This document shows, piece by piece, positions 50,862 to 63,072 of a stretch of 64,000 nt of DNA. A model generated the notes under the pieces. That model saw only the letters and a list, made by a program, of their open reading frames with translations. It was not told the origin of the DNA and searched no databases. The stretch is from Azolla caroliniana (taxonomy: Eukaryota > Plantae > Polypodiophyta), in assembly GCA_043228905.1 (NCBI GenBank), contig JBHGNT010000015.1, positions 1,674,001 to 1,738,000 on the forward strand. Reading direction: 5' to 3'. Position numbers and translations under genes: made by a program. Position 1 is the stretch's first letter. Each line of letters begins with the position of its first letter.

Positions 50862-53576
50862 ATGAAATGCATAATGTATCTTAGCCTCAAGCATGTAGTG
50901 AAACAAGGAAAAAAGATGAAATTGGATGCAAGTAGTTCCTTACTAATGTCATGGAATATGCAATTAAGGAAAAATGCAGAAGAGGCATTGGCAAGGTTCT
51001 TTTATGCTGAAGATATTCCACATGGAAAAGTAGAAAGTTCATTTTTCCATGATATGCTTAAGGCTGTTGGACAAGTTGGGCCTTCTTTTAAACCACCTTC
51101 AGTGTATCAATTGTGCAATAAGTATTTCAATGCAGAAATTAAATCAATCGAACTCGATTGATCACAAACGAAAGAATATTGGAAAACATATGGATGCACA
51201 ATATTTAGTGATAGTTGGACTGATACAAGAAATAGACCGATTATTAATGTTAAGTATGGCTCAGTATTTTTGAAATCAGTGGACACAAGTGATCATGTTA
51301 AGACAAGAGAATACATTTTTAACATTTTAAAAGATGTTATTCTCGAAGTTGAACCATTGAACGTAGTGCAAGTTTGTATGGATAACACTACTAATTGTGT
51401 GGTGGCAAGGGAGATGATAGAAAAAGAGTGGCCATCAATTTTCTATACTAGATGCACATGCCATTGTGTAGATTTGTTATTTGAGGATATCGCCAAATTG
51501 ACTGAATTGATAACATTTTGCGATCAACTATGAAGATTGCCATTTTCATAACTAGAAAACAAAATGTTTTGGCAATGTTTCGAAGATTTAGTGAGAATGA
51601 ATTGCTTAAACCTTCTAATACAAGGTTTGCATATAGTGTTATTGTTCTTTCGAATTTGCTAGATGAGAGAGTATATGGTGGTTTGAGAAGAATGATAGTC
51701 GGTGAACAATGGGGCAAATGGAAGGGATCTAAAACAAAGAAGGCTGAGGAGATAGTTACAATGATTTTTAATGCTAGATTTTGGTCAAATGTGAAGATGA
51801 TAGTGACATTATGCATACCAATTTTGAAACCACTTCGTTTAGCAGATAGGGAGGGTGCTACTATGGGATTGATTTATGATCTTATGCCACAAATGATCAA
51901 AGAAATAAATAATATGGCTTTGATAGAAATTGATCCTATGAAGCTTGATGAAATCAAACTGTGTTGCAGAAATAGATGGCCAATGTTGCAATCACCATTA
52001 CATCTTACAGGGTATGTTTTGCATCCAATATGGACTGGAAATGGTCAAGAAATAAATAATGAGATGAATACTGGTTGGATGACAACAATCATGCGTTATG
52101 CTAGTGGCAATCAAGTTTTGCAAGATGCCTTGATAGATTTTATGCTTATAGAAAACAAACATGCTATATGTTTCGTCTTCCATTCGCAAAGGATTCAAAT
52201 AGAATGAAAAATCCAGTTATGTGGTGGGAAACATTTGGAGCAACTACTCCTGATTTGATGAAACTTGCAATTCATGTGAAAGGAATTGGAGTACATTTTC
52301 TCTCATACATACAAGAAGAAGAAACAGGTTATCCCCATGTCTCACAAGGTTCTAGTGCATCGCCATGTGAAAGGAATTGGAGTACATTTTCTCTCATACA
52401 TACAAGAAGAAGAAACAGGTTATCCCCATGTCATGTGGAGAAATGAGTGTACTTTCACACTAATTTATAGCTTCTCAAGAGGATCAAAGAAAGACGTTAC
52501 ACCCCATTGGAAATTACAATGGAAATGGTTGATAAAGAGGAAGATGCAGAAAGGTTATTGAACTTGCAGACATACAAGAAGAAGAAACAGGTTACACCCC
52601 ACTTCGTTTAGCAGATAGGGAGGGTGCTACTATGGGATTGATTTATGATCTTATGCCACAAATGATCAAAGAAATAAATAATATGGCTTTGATAGAAATT
52701 GATCCTATGAAGCTTGATGAAATCAAACTGTGTTGCAGAAATAGATGGCCAATGTTGCAATCACCATTACATCTTACAGGGTATGTTTTGCATCCAATAT
52801 GGACTGGAAATGGTCAAGAAATAAATAATGAGATGAATACTGGTTGGATGACAACAATCATGCGTTATGCTAGTGGCAATCAAGTTTTGCAAGATGCCTT
52901 GATAGATTTTATGCTTATAGAAAACAAACATGCTATATGTTTCGTCTTCCATTCGCAAAGGATTCAAATAGAATGAAAAATCCAGTTATGTGGTGGGAAA
53001 CATTTGGAGCAACTACTCCTGATTTGATGAAACTTGCAATTCATGTGAAAGGAATTGGAGTACATTTTCTCTCATACATACAAGAAGAAGAAACAGGTTA
53101 TCCCCATGTCTCACAAGGTTCTAGTGCATCGCCATGTGAAAGGAATTGGAGTACATTTTCTCTCATACATACAAGAAGAAGAAACAGGTTATCCCCATGT
53201 CTCACAAGGTTCTAGTGCATCGCCATGTGAAAGGAATTGGAGTACATTTTCTCTCATACATACAAGAAGAAGAAACAGGTTATCCCCATGTCATGTGGAG
53301 AAATGAGTGTACTTTCACACTAATTTATAGCTTCTCAAGAGGATCAAAGAAAGACGTTACACCCCATTGGAAATTACAATGGAAATGGTTGATAAAGAGG
53401 AAGATGCAGAAAGGTTATTGAACTTGCAGAAAGAGCGAGAAATTTTAAATACTAAAAATTCAAATGATATCCTCAATAGTATGCAAGATGAGGAGAATAT
53501 TGAAGATAATTATGTTGTTGGTAGTAATGAGGCACATTCTAGTGAGAATCCTCAAACAAATTACTACATCAATTGA
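50862..53576 (+). pseudogene. Decayed hAT transposase (DUF659 plus hAT dimerization domain) with internal duplications
   Basis: Fragments ARFFYAEDIP...FKPPS.Y.L, GCTIFSDSW, VVQVCMDN..NC, C.CHCVDL, NTRFA, LHLTGYVLHP, PVMWWETFG, SSASPCERNWSTF..IHT.RRNRL. Multiple stops and frameshifts; no TIRs identified. Confidence 0.88.
51830..53430. repeat. Tandem duplication with 769-bp offset, containing 91-bp subrepeats
   Basis: 51830-52570 is repeated from 52599. The 91-bp unit CATGTGAAAGGAATTGG... occurs about twice in copy 1 and three times in copy 2. Confidence 0.92.
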
Positions 53577-54189
53577 ACTTGTAGAATTTTATGTTAGTGT
53601 CATATTTTCTTCATAATCTCGAATATAAGCTTTATGAGTTTTCAAAAGTTTGATTATAATTTATAATGACATATTTTGATTCAATCTCTATAGTTCATAC
53701 TCATTTTTTTGTAAAATTCTAAAATGAAGAGGATAGAGTCTTAAGAAGCATCGAAAGGTATGCATGTGATACAATGCAAATATTGCAACTATACTTATGT
53801 TGGTTATTGGGATTGAGAGTGAATCAATATATAATATAGACCATAGTCAATCCAATCCAACTTGTTAATCCAATCCAACTTTGAGATGATTTATCATACA
53901 CGTTTGATTGAATCATTCTCGAATGTGAATGCACGTATGATACATATGGTTCATTCTATGGTCACAGTCATTGCTTCCAGAGACGCTTCCTCAACATCAC
54001 TTCGTCTTCGACATCATCATCTTCAACACCTCTTGGTGTTGTCATCAACACTACTTTGCCTAGCCTTCATCGACGTCAAGTGTCCTAGTTCCCGGTGACT
54101 GATTCCTCGTATTGAAGACATTTTTTTACTAGCAAGATTCTTTGAGAAATAAAGCCTTTCTATTTGTATTTGGTTTTTTCATTTTCCTA

Positions 54190-54760
54190 GTTCCCGATGA
54201 GGATCACACATGGTCGCTCATGCCCATTGGTGTTCGTGTCTCCGGTGAGGACCGCACAAGGTCACTCATGCATGTTGGTGTTCGTGTCTCCTGTGAGAAC
54301 CACACATGGTCCCTCACGCCCGTTGGTGTTCGTGTCTCTGGTGAGGACCGTACATGGTCCCTCACACCAGTTGGTGCTTCAATTCCCGATGAGGACCACA
54401 CATGGTCGCTCACGTTCACTTGTGTTCCATTCTCCAATGAGGATTGCACATGGTCAACCACTCCTCAACCTACTCCGGTTTTCTCTTTTAGCTCACCCCT
54501 ACACCATGATTCCAAAAAGGCGGTGAGGACCGCACATGGTCTCTCCCGCCTGTTGGTATTCGTGTCTCCGATGAGGACCGTACATGGTTGCTCATGCTTG
54601 TGGGTGCTTCAATTCCTGATGAGGACCACATATGGTCTCTCACGTTCACTCGTGCTCCATTCTCCGGTGAGGACCGCACATGGTCAGCCACTCCTCAACC
54701 TACTCCGATTTTCTCTTTCAACTCACCCTTACACCAAGGTTGCAAAAAGGCGGTCGTAAA
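54190..54760. repeat. 48-bp tandem repeat array with a palindromic core and a 230-bp higher-order repeat
   Basis: Core GRTGAGGACCGCACATGGTC at about 54196, 54244, 54292, 54340, 54388, 54436, 54522, 54570, 54618 and 54666. Confidence 0.92.
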
Positions 54761-54826
54761 GGGGAGGATAATGCCACGGACATGACTGACACGCTTCCGA
54801 AAAGGCGGTCATAAAGGGGAGGATAA

Positions 54827-55343
54827 TGTCATGAACAATCATGTCAAGTCTCGAACTCTTCACCTCTTGTATATAGTCAAGTGTTATGTTCTAACCAACA
54901 CATCCAAATACATGATTAAGTTATCTATATCAAGTTAGTAGATTATTAGTAGATTATCTATTCCAAGTTCTAGGAGTTTTTAGAAGCTTCTAGAAACCTC
55001 CAAAAGCTTATGCATGAAAATGGGTCTATGCATGGAACTATGTCATGTAGAGCCCACAAATATGTATAAATATTTGTAATCTCCTTGGTCCCTTTCAAGG
55101 AATTCAACGCTAGTCATTGACACATCAATCTAGTATTCTTGTTTAGCCCCATCTTCTCTCCTTGATTTACATCTCTATCTTTATGCTCTTGTATTGTTCC
55201 TAGTGTCTTAAGTTCATCATCTTGTCACTCCCAACTTCTCAAGTTTATAGCCTCATCACGTTGAGTTTCACATTCATAACCTTATCGATCGTAGCCTCTC
55301 CATCTGTGCTTTGTCATAGTCTAGGGTCGGTGTGTCCATGACA
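54827..55343 (+). mobile_element. 3' LTR of a Gypsy-type element preceded by a polypurine tract
   Basis: Termini TGTCATG...CATGACA (7-bp inverted repeat). PPT AAAGGGGAGGATAA immediately upstream; TATAAATA at ~55065. Abuts Copia RNase H. Confidence 0.82.
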
Positions 55344-55927
55344 TTTTTAGCCATATGGCTTCGCATGTTGCGACAGTTGTCCCTCGATATTTGACCTCAG
55401 TGCTCGACAATGCCATTGTCGGCTGCTTCTCGCTACTCCAGGCGATCGCAACGCTTCCCAATGAAAACGCAAAACCTGATGTTGACCTACGATCGCCTGC
55501 ATTTCCGACCCAGTCAACATCTATGTAGCCGACTAACTGTTCAGTTACCCTAGTCCGATACAACAACGCCTTGTCCTTAGTACCACTTACATATCTTAAG
55601 ATCCTTTGTGCGCACTGAAGGTGTTCGGTCTTCAACTGCGACATCAATTGACTGATCAATCTGACCGGATAGCTGCCAAGGTTCGATTGAGTGATGGTTA
55701 AGTAAATGAGGCTTCTGACTATCTATTGGAATTGTGTCGAGTCGCACTCCTTCCAGGATTCGGGACGAAGCTTTATATTTCTGTCCAAGGGAGTTGAGAC
55801 GAATTTACAATCTGTCATCCCGAACTTGAAGAGCATATTCAACACATAATGACGTTGACTGATCAATATACCTTCGGGGGTGTGGATCAATTCAATCCCA
55901 AGGAAGTAATGTAGGTTTCCCAAGTCC

Positions 55928-56720
55928 TGCTCGTATTTAATGTTTAAATGTGTATAATACCTCATAATTTGTATAGTACGTATTATACCTCAATGATTTT
56001 CACTCAAATATTATGTACATTTGTCCAATACGGTATTTAACGTACATTTAAAAAAATAGGTATAATACGCATTTATAAAACAATGTAAGTAAAACCCCAA
56101 CAAAAAGCAAAAGAAAACAAAGATTTTAGTGAAAAAAAAGCAAAAAGAAGGAAGAAAGAAGAATAGAAGAGATGACGACAACGAAGAAGAAGAAAAAGAG
56201 AGAAAAGAAGACAAAAACCTGTCCTTACTCTGAGTGTGATAATCACAAACGATAGAAGAAGAAGATGATGAAGAAGAAGAAGAGAGAAACCTATCCTGAG
56301 TGTGATAATCGTAGACGATTCCTCCATTTATGAAGGCATAATTGTAAATAATTACAATTTGAAGTAGAACATCGTGATATACACTTACACTTATTTATAG
56401 AATAAGTGAATGTCTACATCCATATTATAAGTATTTTAAGATGTGAAATGTTCAAATGTCTTATATGCATTTTAGGATGTAGAACTATAATGTACATCAC
56501 AAATTTGTGTAAACATAGATGCTTTTTACAATATTACAAATATTTTTTAGAAAGGTAAATAATTTTCAAATTCTAGAAGTATTTAATGTACTATACGCAT
56601 TTTATAAGTATTTAACATATTAAAAAATGTATTTAACGTATTTTTTAATTGGGAGGTAATATACGCGTATTAATACGTTATATATGTATGGTATCCGTAC
56701 TGTATCTAACATACCTAACA
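55928..56720 (-). mobile_element. AT-rich insertion in the Copia RT, possibly a solo LTR
   Basis: Interrupts Copia RT between FEIK and DLGNLHYFLG. TG...CA termini and a minus-strand TATA near 56395. TSD imperfect (AGTCC / A--CC). Confidence 0.55.
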
Positions 56721-59700
56721 ACCTTGATTTCGAATGATGTCGGTAGTTGAGACTTGACTCGATCGATTTCTTCGAGATAAGCATCAGCGATGACTAAATC
56801 ATCGACAGATAGCAAAATGCAAATCGGTATGGTCCGACTCGGCCGAATGAACAATGAAGAGTCTGATTTCGATGGAGCAAACCCCATCTTACGCAACCTC
56901 TGCGTGATCTTCGTGTTCCAGGAATGCGAGCCTTGCTTAAGTTTGTAGAGGGACTACTTCAGTCGACAAACTATTGATGTGTTTAATTTAGACAGAAATT
57001 CGGGGGGTTGTACCATGTACACTTGTTCCTGAAGCTCACCTAGCAGGAATGCATTCTTTACATCCATCTATTGTAAGTGTCACCCCTTTGTCGTAGCGAC
57101 GGCTAGCAACACATGGATGGTCATCATCTTCGTGATCGGTGTGAATGTCTCATCATAATCGATGCCGTGTTTCTATGCATAACCCTTTGCCACCAATCAT
57201 GCCTTGTATCAGTTGACGGTGCCATCAGCGTTGTATTTGACCTTGTACACCCACCTGCATCCGATCAGCTTCACACCCTTGGGGGCATCAACCAGGTCCC
57301 AAGTCTCATTTGTTGTCAATGCACGCATCTCTTCCTGCAAAGTGGCACTCCAATTCGCGTCTTTTGCCGCTTTTGCATAGCTCTCCGGCTCACGCACTTC
57401 TGTCACATTCGCCATGTACGCATAATGATGTGCCATAGTCATTACACCCGTATTGGATTATGGGGCTCTTCTGGTAGGTGGGGTGCAACCTGTGGTTAGC
57501 CAATTTCAAGGCCCTTTTGGCCGATTCTGACCTCATTTCCGGAGGTCCGTCTTCGCTCCTGACCGCGTCATATTCATTTAGATCCAATGCGCCGGCCTCT
57601 GTGCCATATTCCAGCATCTTCATCTTCCCCTTTTGCTTGCGTGTGAACCATCTCCTTGGTTTCTGGCATGGGAACTGCATGACCGAGTCTCCACTACTCA
57701 CTGGCTCTTCATCCAGCTAGCCATTTCGGCTCAACCCCTCATTTGCCCACTTAGCCGGAATGAGATCAAACTGTCGTCCATAGCTCTGATTTCTTCTTAA
57801 TCCAGGAGCATCTCGGCCTCGTTGGCCTCATCCTCATAATTCTGAATGGAGTTGATGGGGGTTGGAGATGGAGGCAAGTACCACGAAGTCGACTCGTCGA
57901 ATATGATATCTCGGCTTACTCGGACCTCTTTCGTTTGGGGATTATAACACTTATAACCCTTTTGCTCATCCGAGTAGCCAACTAAGATACATTTCTCGCC
58001 TTTGGCATCTAATTTCTTCTGTTTCTCCTTTGGCACAAGCACATATGCTATGTTGCCAAATACCCTTCAAGTGTGTCAAGTTCGGCTTCTTCCCAAAGTA
58101 CAACTCATGTGGCGACACTCCTCCATTTGCAGATGTCTGATTCTGCAGGTATACAACCATCTTGATGGCTTCGACCTAGTAAAATTTTGGCATATGCTTC
58201 TCCCCAAGCATTGCACTGACCGCTTCTTCGATTGTCCGATTCTTCCGCAAAGCCATGCCATTTTGTTGCGGCGTGTATCTGCAGGAGAATTTTTGTCGAA
58301 TTCCTTCCTTCTTTAGATAACTAGAGAACTGATCGGAAAAGTACTCCTTTCCGCCATCGATCCTGAGGCACTTGATCTTTCAGCCTGTCTCCGTTCAGCA
58401 AGACTCTTTACCTTCAAGAAACAAGAGAAGACGTCGCTCTTCTTCTCGATCAGGCATGCCCAGGTATGCCGAGTGAAATCATCGATGAAGGTCACGAAAT
58501 ATCGGCTCCCTCTGATGCTCACGTTCTATGTCAGTCCTCACACATCCAAGAGGATCAAATCAAGCTTGTTTTGGCTCCGATTACACTCATTCGGGAATGG
58601 AAATCAGTGATGCTTCCCTAACTAGCAGGCTTCGTAGACTTGGCCCTTTCGGCCACTCAATTTTGGCAAGCCGAAAACAATGTTCTTTGTCTGCATTTCT
58701 TGAAGCTGCAGGAAGTTGATGTGGCCGAACCGCTTGTGCCATAAGTCGATGTCCGATTCGACTTTTTGCCCTTTGGCAAATAGAGCGGTACCAACATCAT
58801 TCGTCTCGAGGATAAACATCCTCTCTTCTCGGTGCCCTTGCACAATAATCTTTCCATCTTCCTCTATGAAGCACCCTAAGGTGAGTAAATCGAACTTGCA
58901 TGCCCTGGTCGACAATTTGTTCGACTGACACCAAATTCTTGGTGATTGTGGACACATGCAAGACATTTCTCCCTCTGGCCGACATGGCTTAGAGGGACAT
59001 CTCTGATGTGTTCGATGGGGTGAGGGATGTCATCGCCAGTCTCAAAGACCCATGGCTGCTCTGACTTCTCCAGAGTCGAGAACCACTCCTTGTGATCCTT
59101 CATGTGGTTCAATGTGACTGAATTCACATACCACGCCTTGTTCGACCTTGAGGTGTTCACCGCCATTGAGTTGGCTTTGTGCTTCATTACAAAGGTTGGG
59201 CCTGTTTCGGCTCATCCTGAGTCTTCGATGTAGTGCGATCTCTGAAGCCTATTGGCGTCCCCTCGGCTTGATCTGGCTCTATCCGAATCGGCTCACTTTT
59301 TCCAACACTCGCTCTCTCTATGACCCTTTCAGCCATAGTACCAACAATCCGTTGCGGCTTTCCCTTGTCAGCTTCTGGCACTGCCTTGACTCCCCCTACT
59401 TGTGGAGGGTCCAGAACTATTGTTGGCATTTTGATTATGCCTTGAGTTTTGCTCTTGTCGGTTGGCTCCATTGCGTGCCGACCCGCCTGGTCCACCACGA
59501 CCATGGGGTCGATCCGCCTCTGTATACAACATCTTGTTGTCAGTGTGTGCTCGTCGACGCACCCGAGTGGTTTTCTTCTACGAGCAACATCGACTGTAGC
59601 TTGAAAAACGAAGGTGTATTCTCCCTCGTGCAAACCACTGATCGGAATACTCCGAACTTTGACGCCAACCCTCCCAGGCAGACCTGCACCATCTCATCTT

Positions 59701-60738
59701 CTTCAATTGTCACAAATCTCCTTGATCTTGGAGGTGTAATCAACCACCGACATATCTTTCTGTCAGATGTTGCTCCACACATGTCTGAGTTGTAGCTTTC
59801 TGGCTGTGGTGCTTGTAATGAAAATCTTCTTCACATTTCCCCAAGCATCCTTCGGCGTTTTGGCTTCCCAAATGTAGCTCAATAGTTGGTTATTCACACA
59901 TGATGCAATGCAGTAAAGACTCTACTTGCCGCTTGTTCCCAGACCGGGAAATCTCTGTGTGTCGCATCTGATGTTGCATCATTCACCCCTTCCACGTAAC
60001 TCCAGTACTCGTGCCCAAGTAGGTATTGGTGCATCTTGTAAGACCGGGATGTGTAGTTGCTCTTATCGAGCTTTTCTATCGGAAGCGAGATTCCTATACC
60101 TCTCTGTCCATGTTCCTGTCTTTTCTTTTCTGGAAAACAAAGAAAGTTGTTTCTGTCTTGTTTGCTTTGCTTTTCGGTCGGCTACAGAGGATTCTCAACT
60201 CTCACACTTTCATACCATGTAAAAGAATACGTGTGCGGAAACGTAAGCGAGAGACAACGAGTACTCAGTAGGTTATTTAGAATGCAACGACAATTAGGTT
60301 AACACAGAGAATGGTGAGACAGAGATAGATAGAGAGAGATAGAGAGAGAGCAGATTATAATCTTAGATTCAAAATAATGAACACTATGTACATACAATGT
60401 GCTCAATGAGCACTTTTTATACAAGCCTTGAGAAGTGGGTTGACACAAGTACTATCAGTACTTTAATGCTCATGAATTATCTTAACACTAACAACCTATA
60501 ATTTATTCCTATTACTAAAATAGGAATATAGACCCCTAATGGCCAGTCAATTCGGTTTTCGTCTTATCTAGCCGATTCGGCCCATGTTGAGCTTGTCTTT
60601 CAACATTGGTTATGATTATTGATGCAATATCACTGACTTATATATAAGCCTACTTAGGAAAAAAGTTGCATTTTGTTTCTTGAAGGAAAAGAGGAGTAAA
60701 TGTTGAACTCTTTGATGGCAACAAAATTGGTTGGGTAG

Positions 60739-61319
60739 TGTTGAGAATCGCCGACCAGCCACAGTCGGTTCCCTCTAGCATATGCAGGTGCAAGGGACAA
60801 AGTCAATAGTACACAAACAACAAAAAAACAGAAGTACAGAGACACACAATGTTTATGTGGAAAACCCGGAAAGGGAAAAACCATGGGGGTCCACAAACCC
60901 CAAGAAACAAATCGGTATAGTGAGAGGAATACAAGGAGACTCGCAGGCAACGACCTTGAGCTTATCTTCATCTAACAGACAACGGCAAAGTTACAACTCT
61001 CACTTTGTCTCTTTGTCTCTCTCTCGCTCTCTAGTTACAGAGGCAACTACCAACTATAACTTTTCAACAACTATACAACAATAATGATCATCTCACATTT
61101 CTAACTACTTGCCCTAACTATATTTATACTCCATATACAATATGGAGTATTTACAAATATAACCCCGACTCGGCTTCGACTGACTCGGTTATTAGCCGAA
61201 TCGATTATTCAATTTGTCGCTCAATTGATTTTCAGCCTTGGCCTATCGGGCTAGGCCGAGTTGAGGTCGACTCATCCACCTTGTGCTCTTCCCATCTTGA
61301 GGGACTAGTTTTCCCAATA
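60739..61319 (-). mobile_element. Solo LTR (Copia-like)
   Basis: Termini TGTTGAGAA...TTCCCAATA. TSD GGTAG/GGTAA (4/5). GTGGAAAACCC..GGGAAAAACC motif; TATA on the minus strand near 61125. Confidence 0.75.
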
Positions 61320-61499
61320 GGTAAAGATAGTTAAATCCCAATCTTTTTTGTTAGTAACACTTTTATTACTAGTGGGAAACCTCAAAGTGAGGTGAAAACC
61401 CACAAAGAATAAGAGAGAAGTATATACAAGTGTCGATTAGACATTAGCTTAGAAGCACTCAAAGTAAAGAGGGTAAGTTTGTAGTGTGATGTCTCTAAG

Positions 61500-62800
61500 T
61501 TTCAAACAATCAAACAAAGATTGCATGTGGGATTGGTTAAAGAAGCTAACTTCATGAAGTTGGTTTAGGGTTTAGGGTTGCAACAACCTATACACTGAAT
61601 GTGTTGCAACCTTATCCACTTAAATAACAATGTTGCCTTTTTGTAATATCCAATCCTGAATCCGGGTGATCTTCGTCTAGAATGGGCATAGGTACTAAGT
61701 ACCAACTTTGTGACTTGATTCCATATAACTCGACGATGTGGCCCAAGACTATAATGATATGTCGTGTCATTGAAGCCTAATAGGTGACCTTGGTCATTAC
61801 CCACATATGCAATTGATTTTAGCCCCTTCTTTGCTTAAAAACAAGCTTTTCTAGGTTCTTGTTAAGCTAGTGACCATGGGAATATAGCACTCCAGTGTAA
61901 GCTTTCGAGGTGTAGAGAGTTCCCTAATTTTAAATTCATGCCTCTCCATTTTACGTGGTACGATACTTCCTTTTAGTGCTTTAGAAGCTTTGAGCTAAAC
62001 AGACATCCTTTGATGTGCCCATTAGGCTTTCCACACAGTACATCCCAATGGTTAGTATCCCATGAGCCAAATGACTTGGTTTTCAAATTATCAAACATAT
62101 ATGACAGTCAAGGCAATGTTTGTTCAACAAATTTTGGCAATAAAGTTGCTTTCCTAGCCAACATATGCAACTACAAATTAAGAATATTTACTCCTTCACG
62201 CAGTCGTGGAATGCATATCTTCTCTTGTGATAGGAGTTGTACACATTTGCACGATTGCTTGGAGCACCAAAAGTTTCTTATGATTTATGAGTTCATCTTT
62301 TTGTATCATGTGTTTCGGTCAATCAATCATAATTAAGTAATATTTCATGTAAGCCATGAATATAGATTGCACTATTCTCAATCTAACATGGAGGGGTCAA
62401 GTTGCAATCTTCCGATAGTTTAACTTTCATCTCACTTTTTGCAAAACCCATTCAACCTTTCTTTTCCCTGTTGTATTCCAACCCAATGGATACCCAAGGT
62501 GTCCAACCATTTCAGTTGGGCTAACAACTTGGGTTGGCCACAAAAGTTGATGCCAACTATATGGTGTCAAGGGTAGGAGTTTGGACTTACTGAAGTTAAC
62601 ATGTACTCCAATAGTTAATACATACAATTTCAAGGCATCCATAATCACTTTCATATCACGTGAATTGTTTTGTGACATGAATGATGTATCATTTGCATAT
62701 GCTTGAGCTTCAAAATCATGATTGTCTTTCATTTTCAAACCAAAACCATGAAGTTGATTGATTGATACTGGATTGTCCATGTACAATAACAATCACGGAT
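61500..62800 (-). mobile_element. Degenerate L1-type LINE reverse transcriptase remnant
   Basis: AYANDT (YADD-like), G.HVNFSKSKL and HLGYPLG in ORF 62427..62792, followed by decayed downstream ORF2 sequence. Boundaries approximate. Confidence 0.7.
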
Positions 62801-63072
62801 GAGTTGCAATTGCATACTTCTTTGAAGACGAGCATGATTCAATATTATGGCATCACTTAGACTTGAACTCAAGACCTTGTAATACATAATAAAAAACCCA
62901 ACCATTAAGATAGCCAATTGTTATATGAGATTACAAAAGTTACTATTTATAATAAGATTGGTTCACAAAGTGCTTCAAATGGGGAAGTGACATGAACATT
63001 ATGGTGTCATTTAGACTTGAACTGAAAACCTTGTAATACATAATTGAAAACCCAACCATTAAGATAGCCTAT

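Larger units (their letters stand above)
44676..60605 (-). mobile_element. Ty1/Copia LTR retrotransposon (degenerate) carrying nested insertions
   Basis: 5' LTR 60605-60218 (TGTTG...TTACA) followed by a degenerate tRNA-iMet PBS (TGGTATGA). Frameshifted gag, protease, integrase (YFVTFIDDFTR, KLDAKGEKCILVGY), RT (EP.SY..A, GCRWVYKVK, VDDL) and RNase H (DWVGN..DRRST) at 60200-55344. 3' LTR remnant 44676-44735. TSD TTGGT at 44671-44675 and 60606-60610. Confidence 0.88.

Noticed and set aside
54190-54760. CRISPR array
   Set aside because: The spacers are homologous to one another, the context is a plant LTR element, and there are no cas genes.
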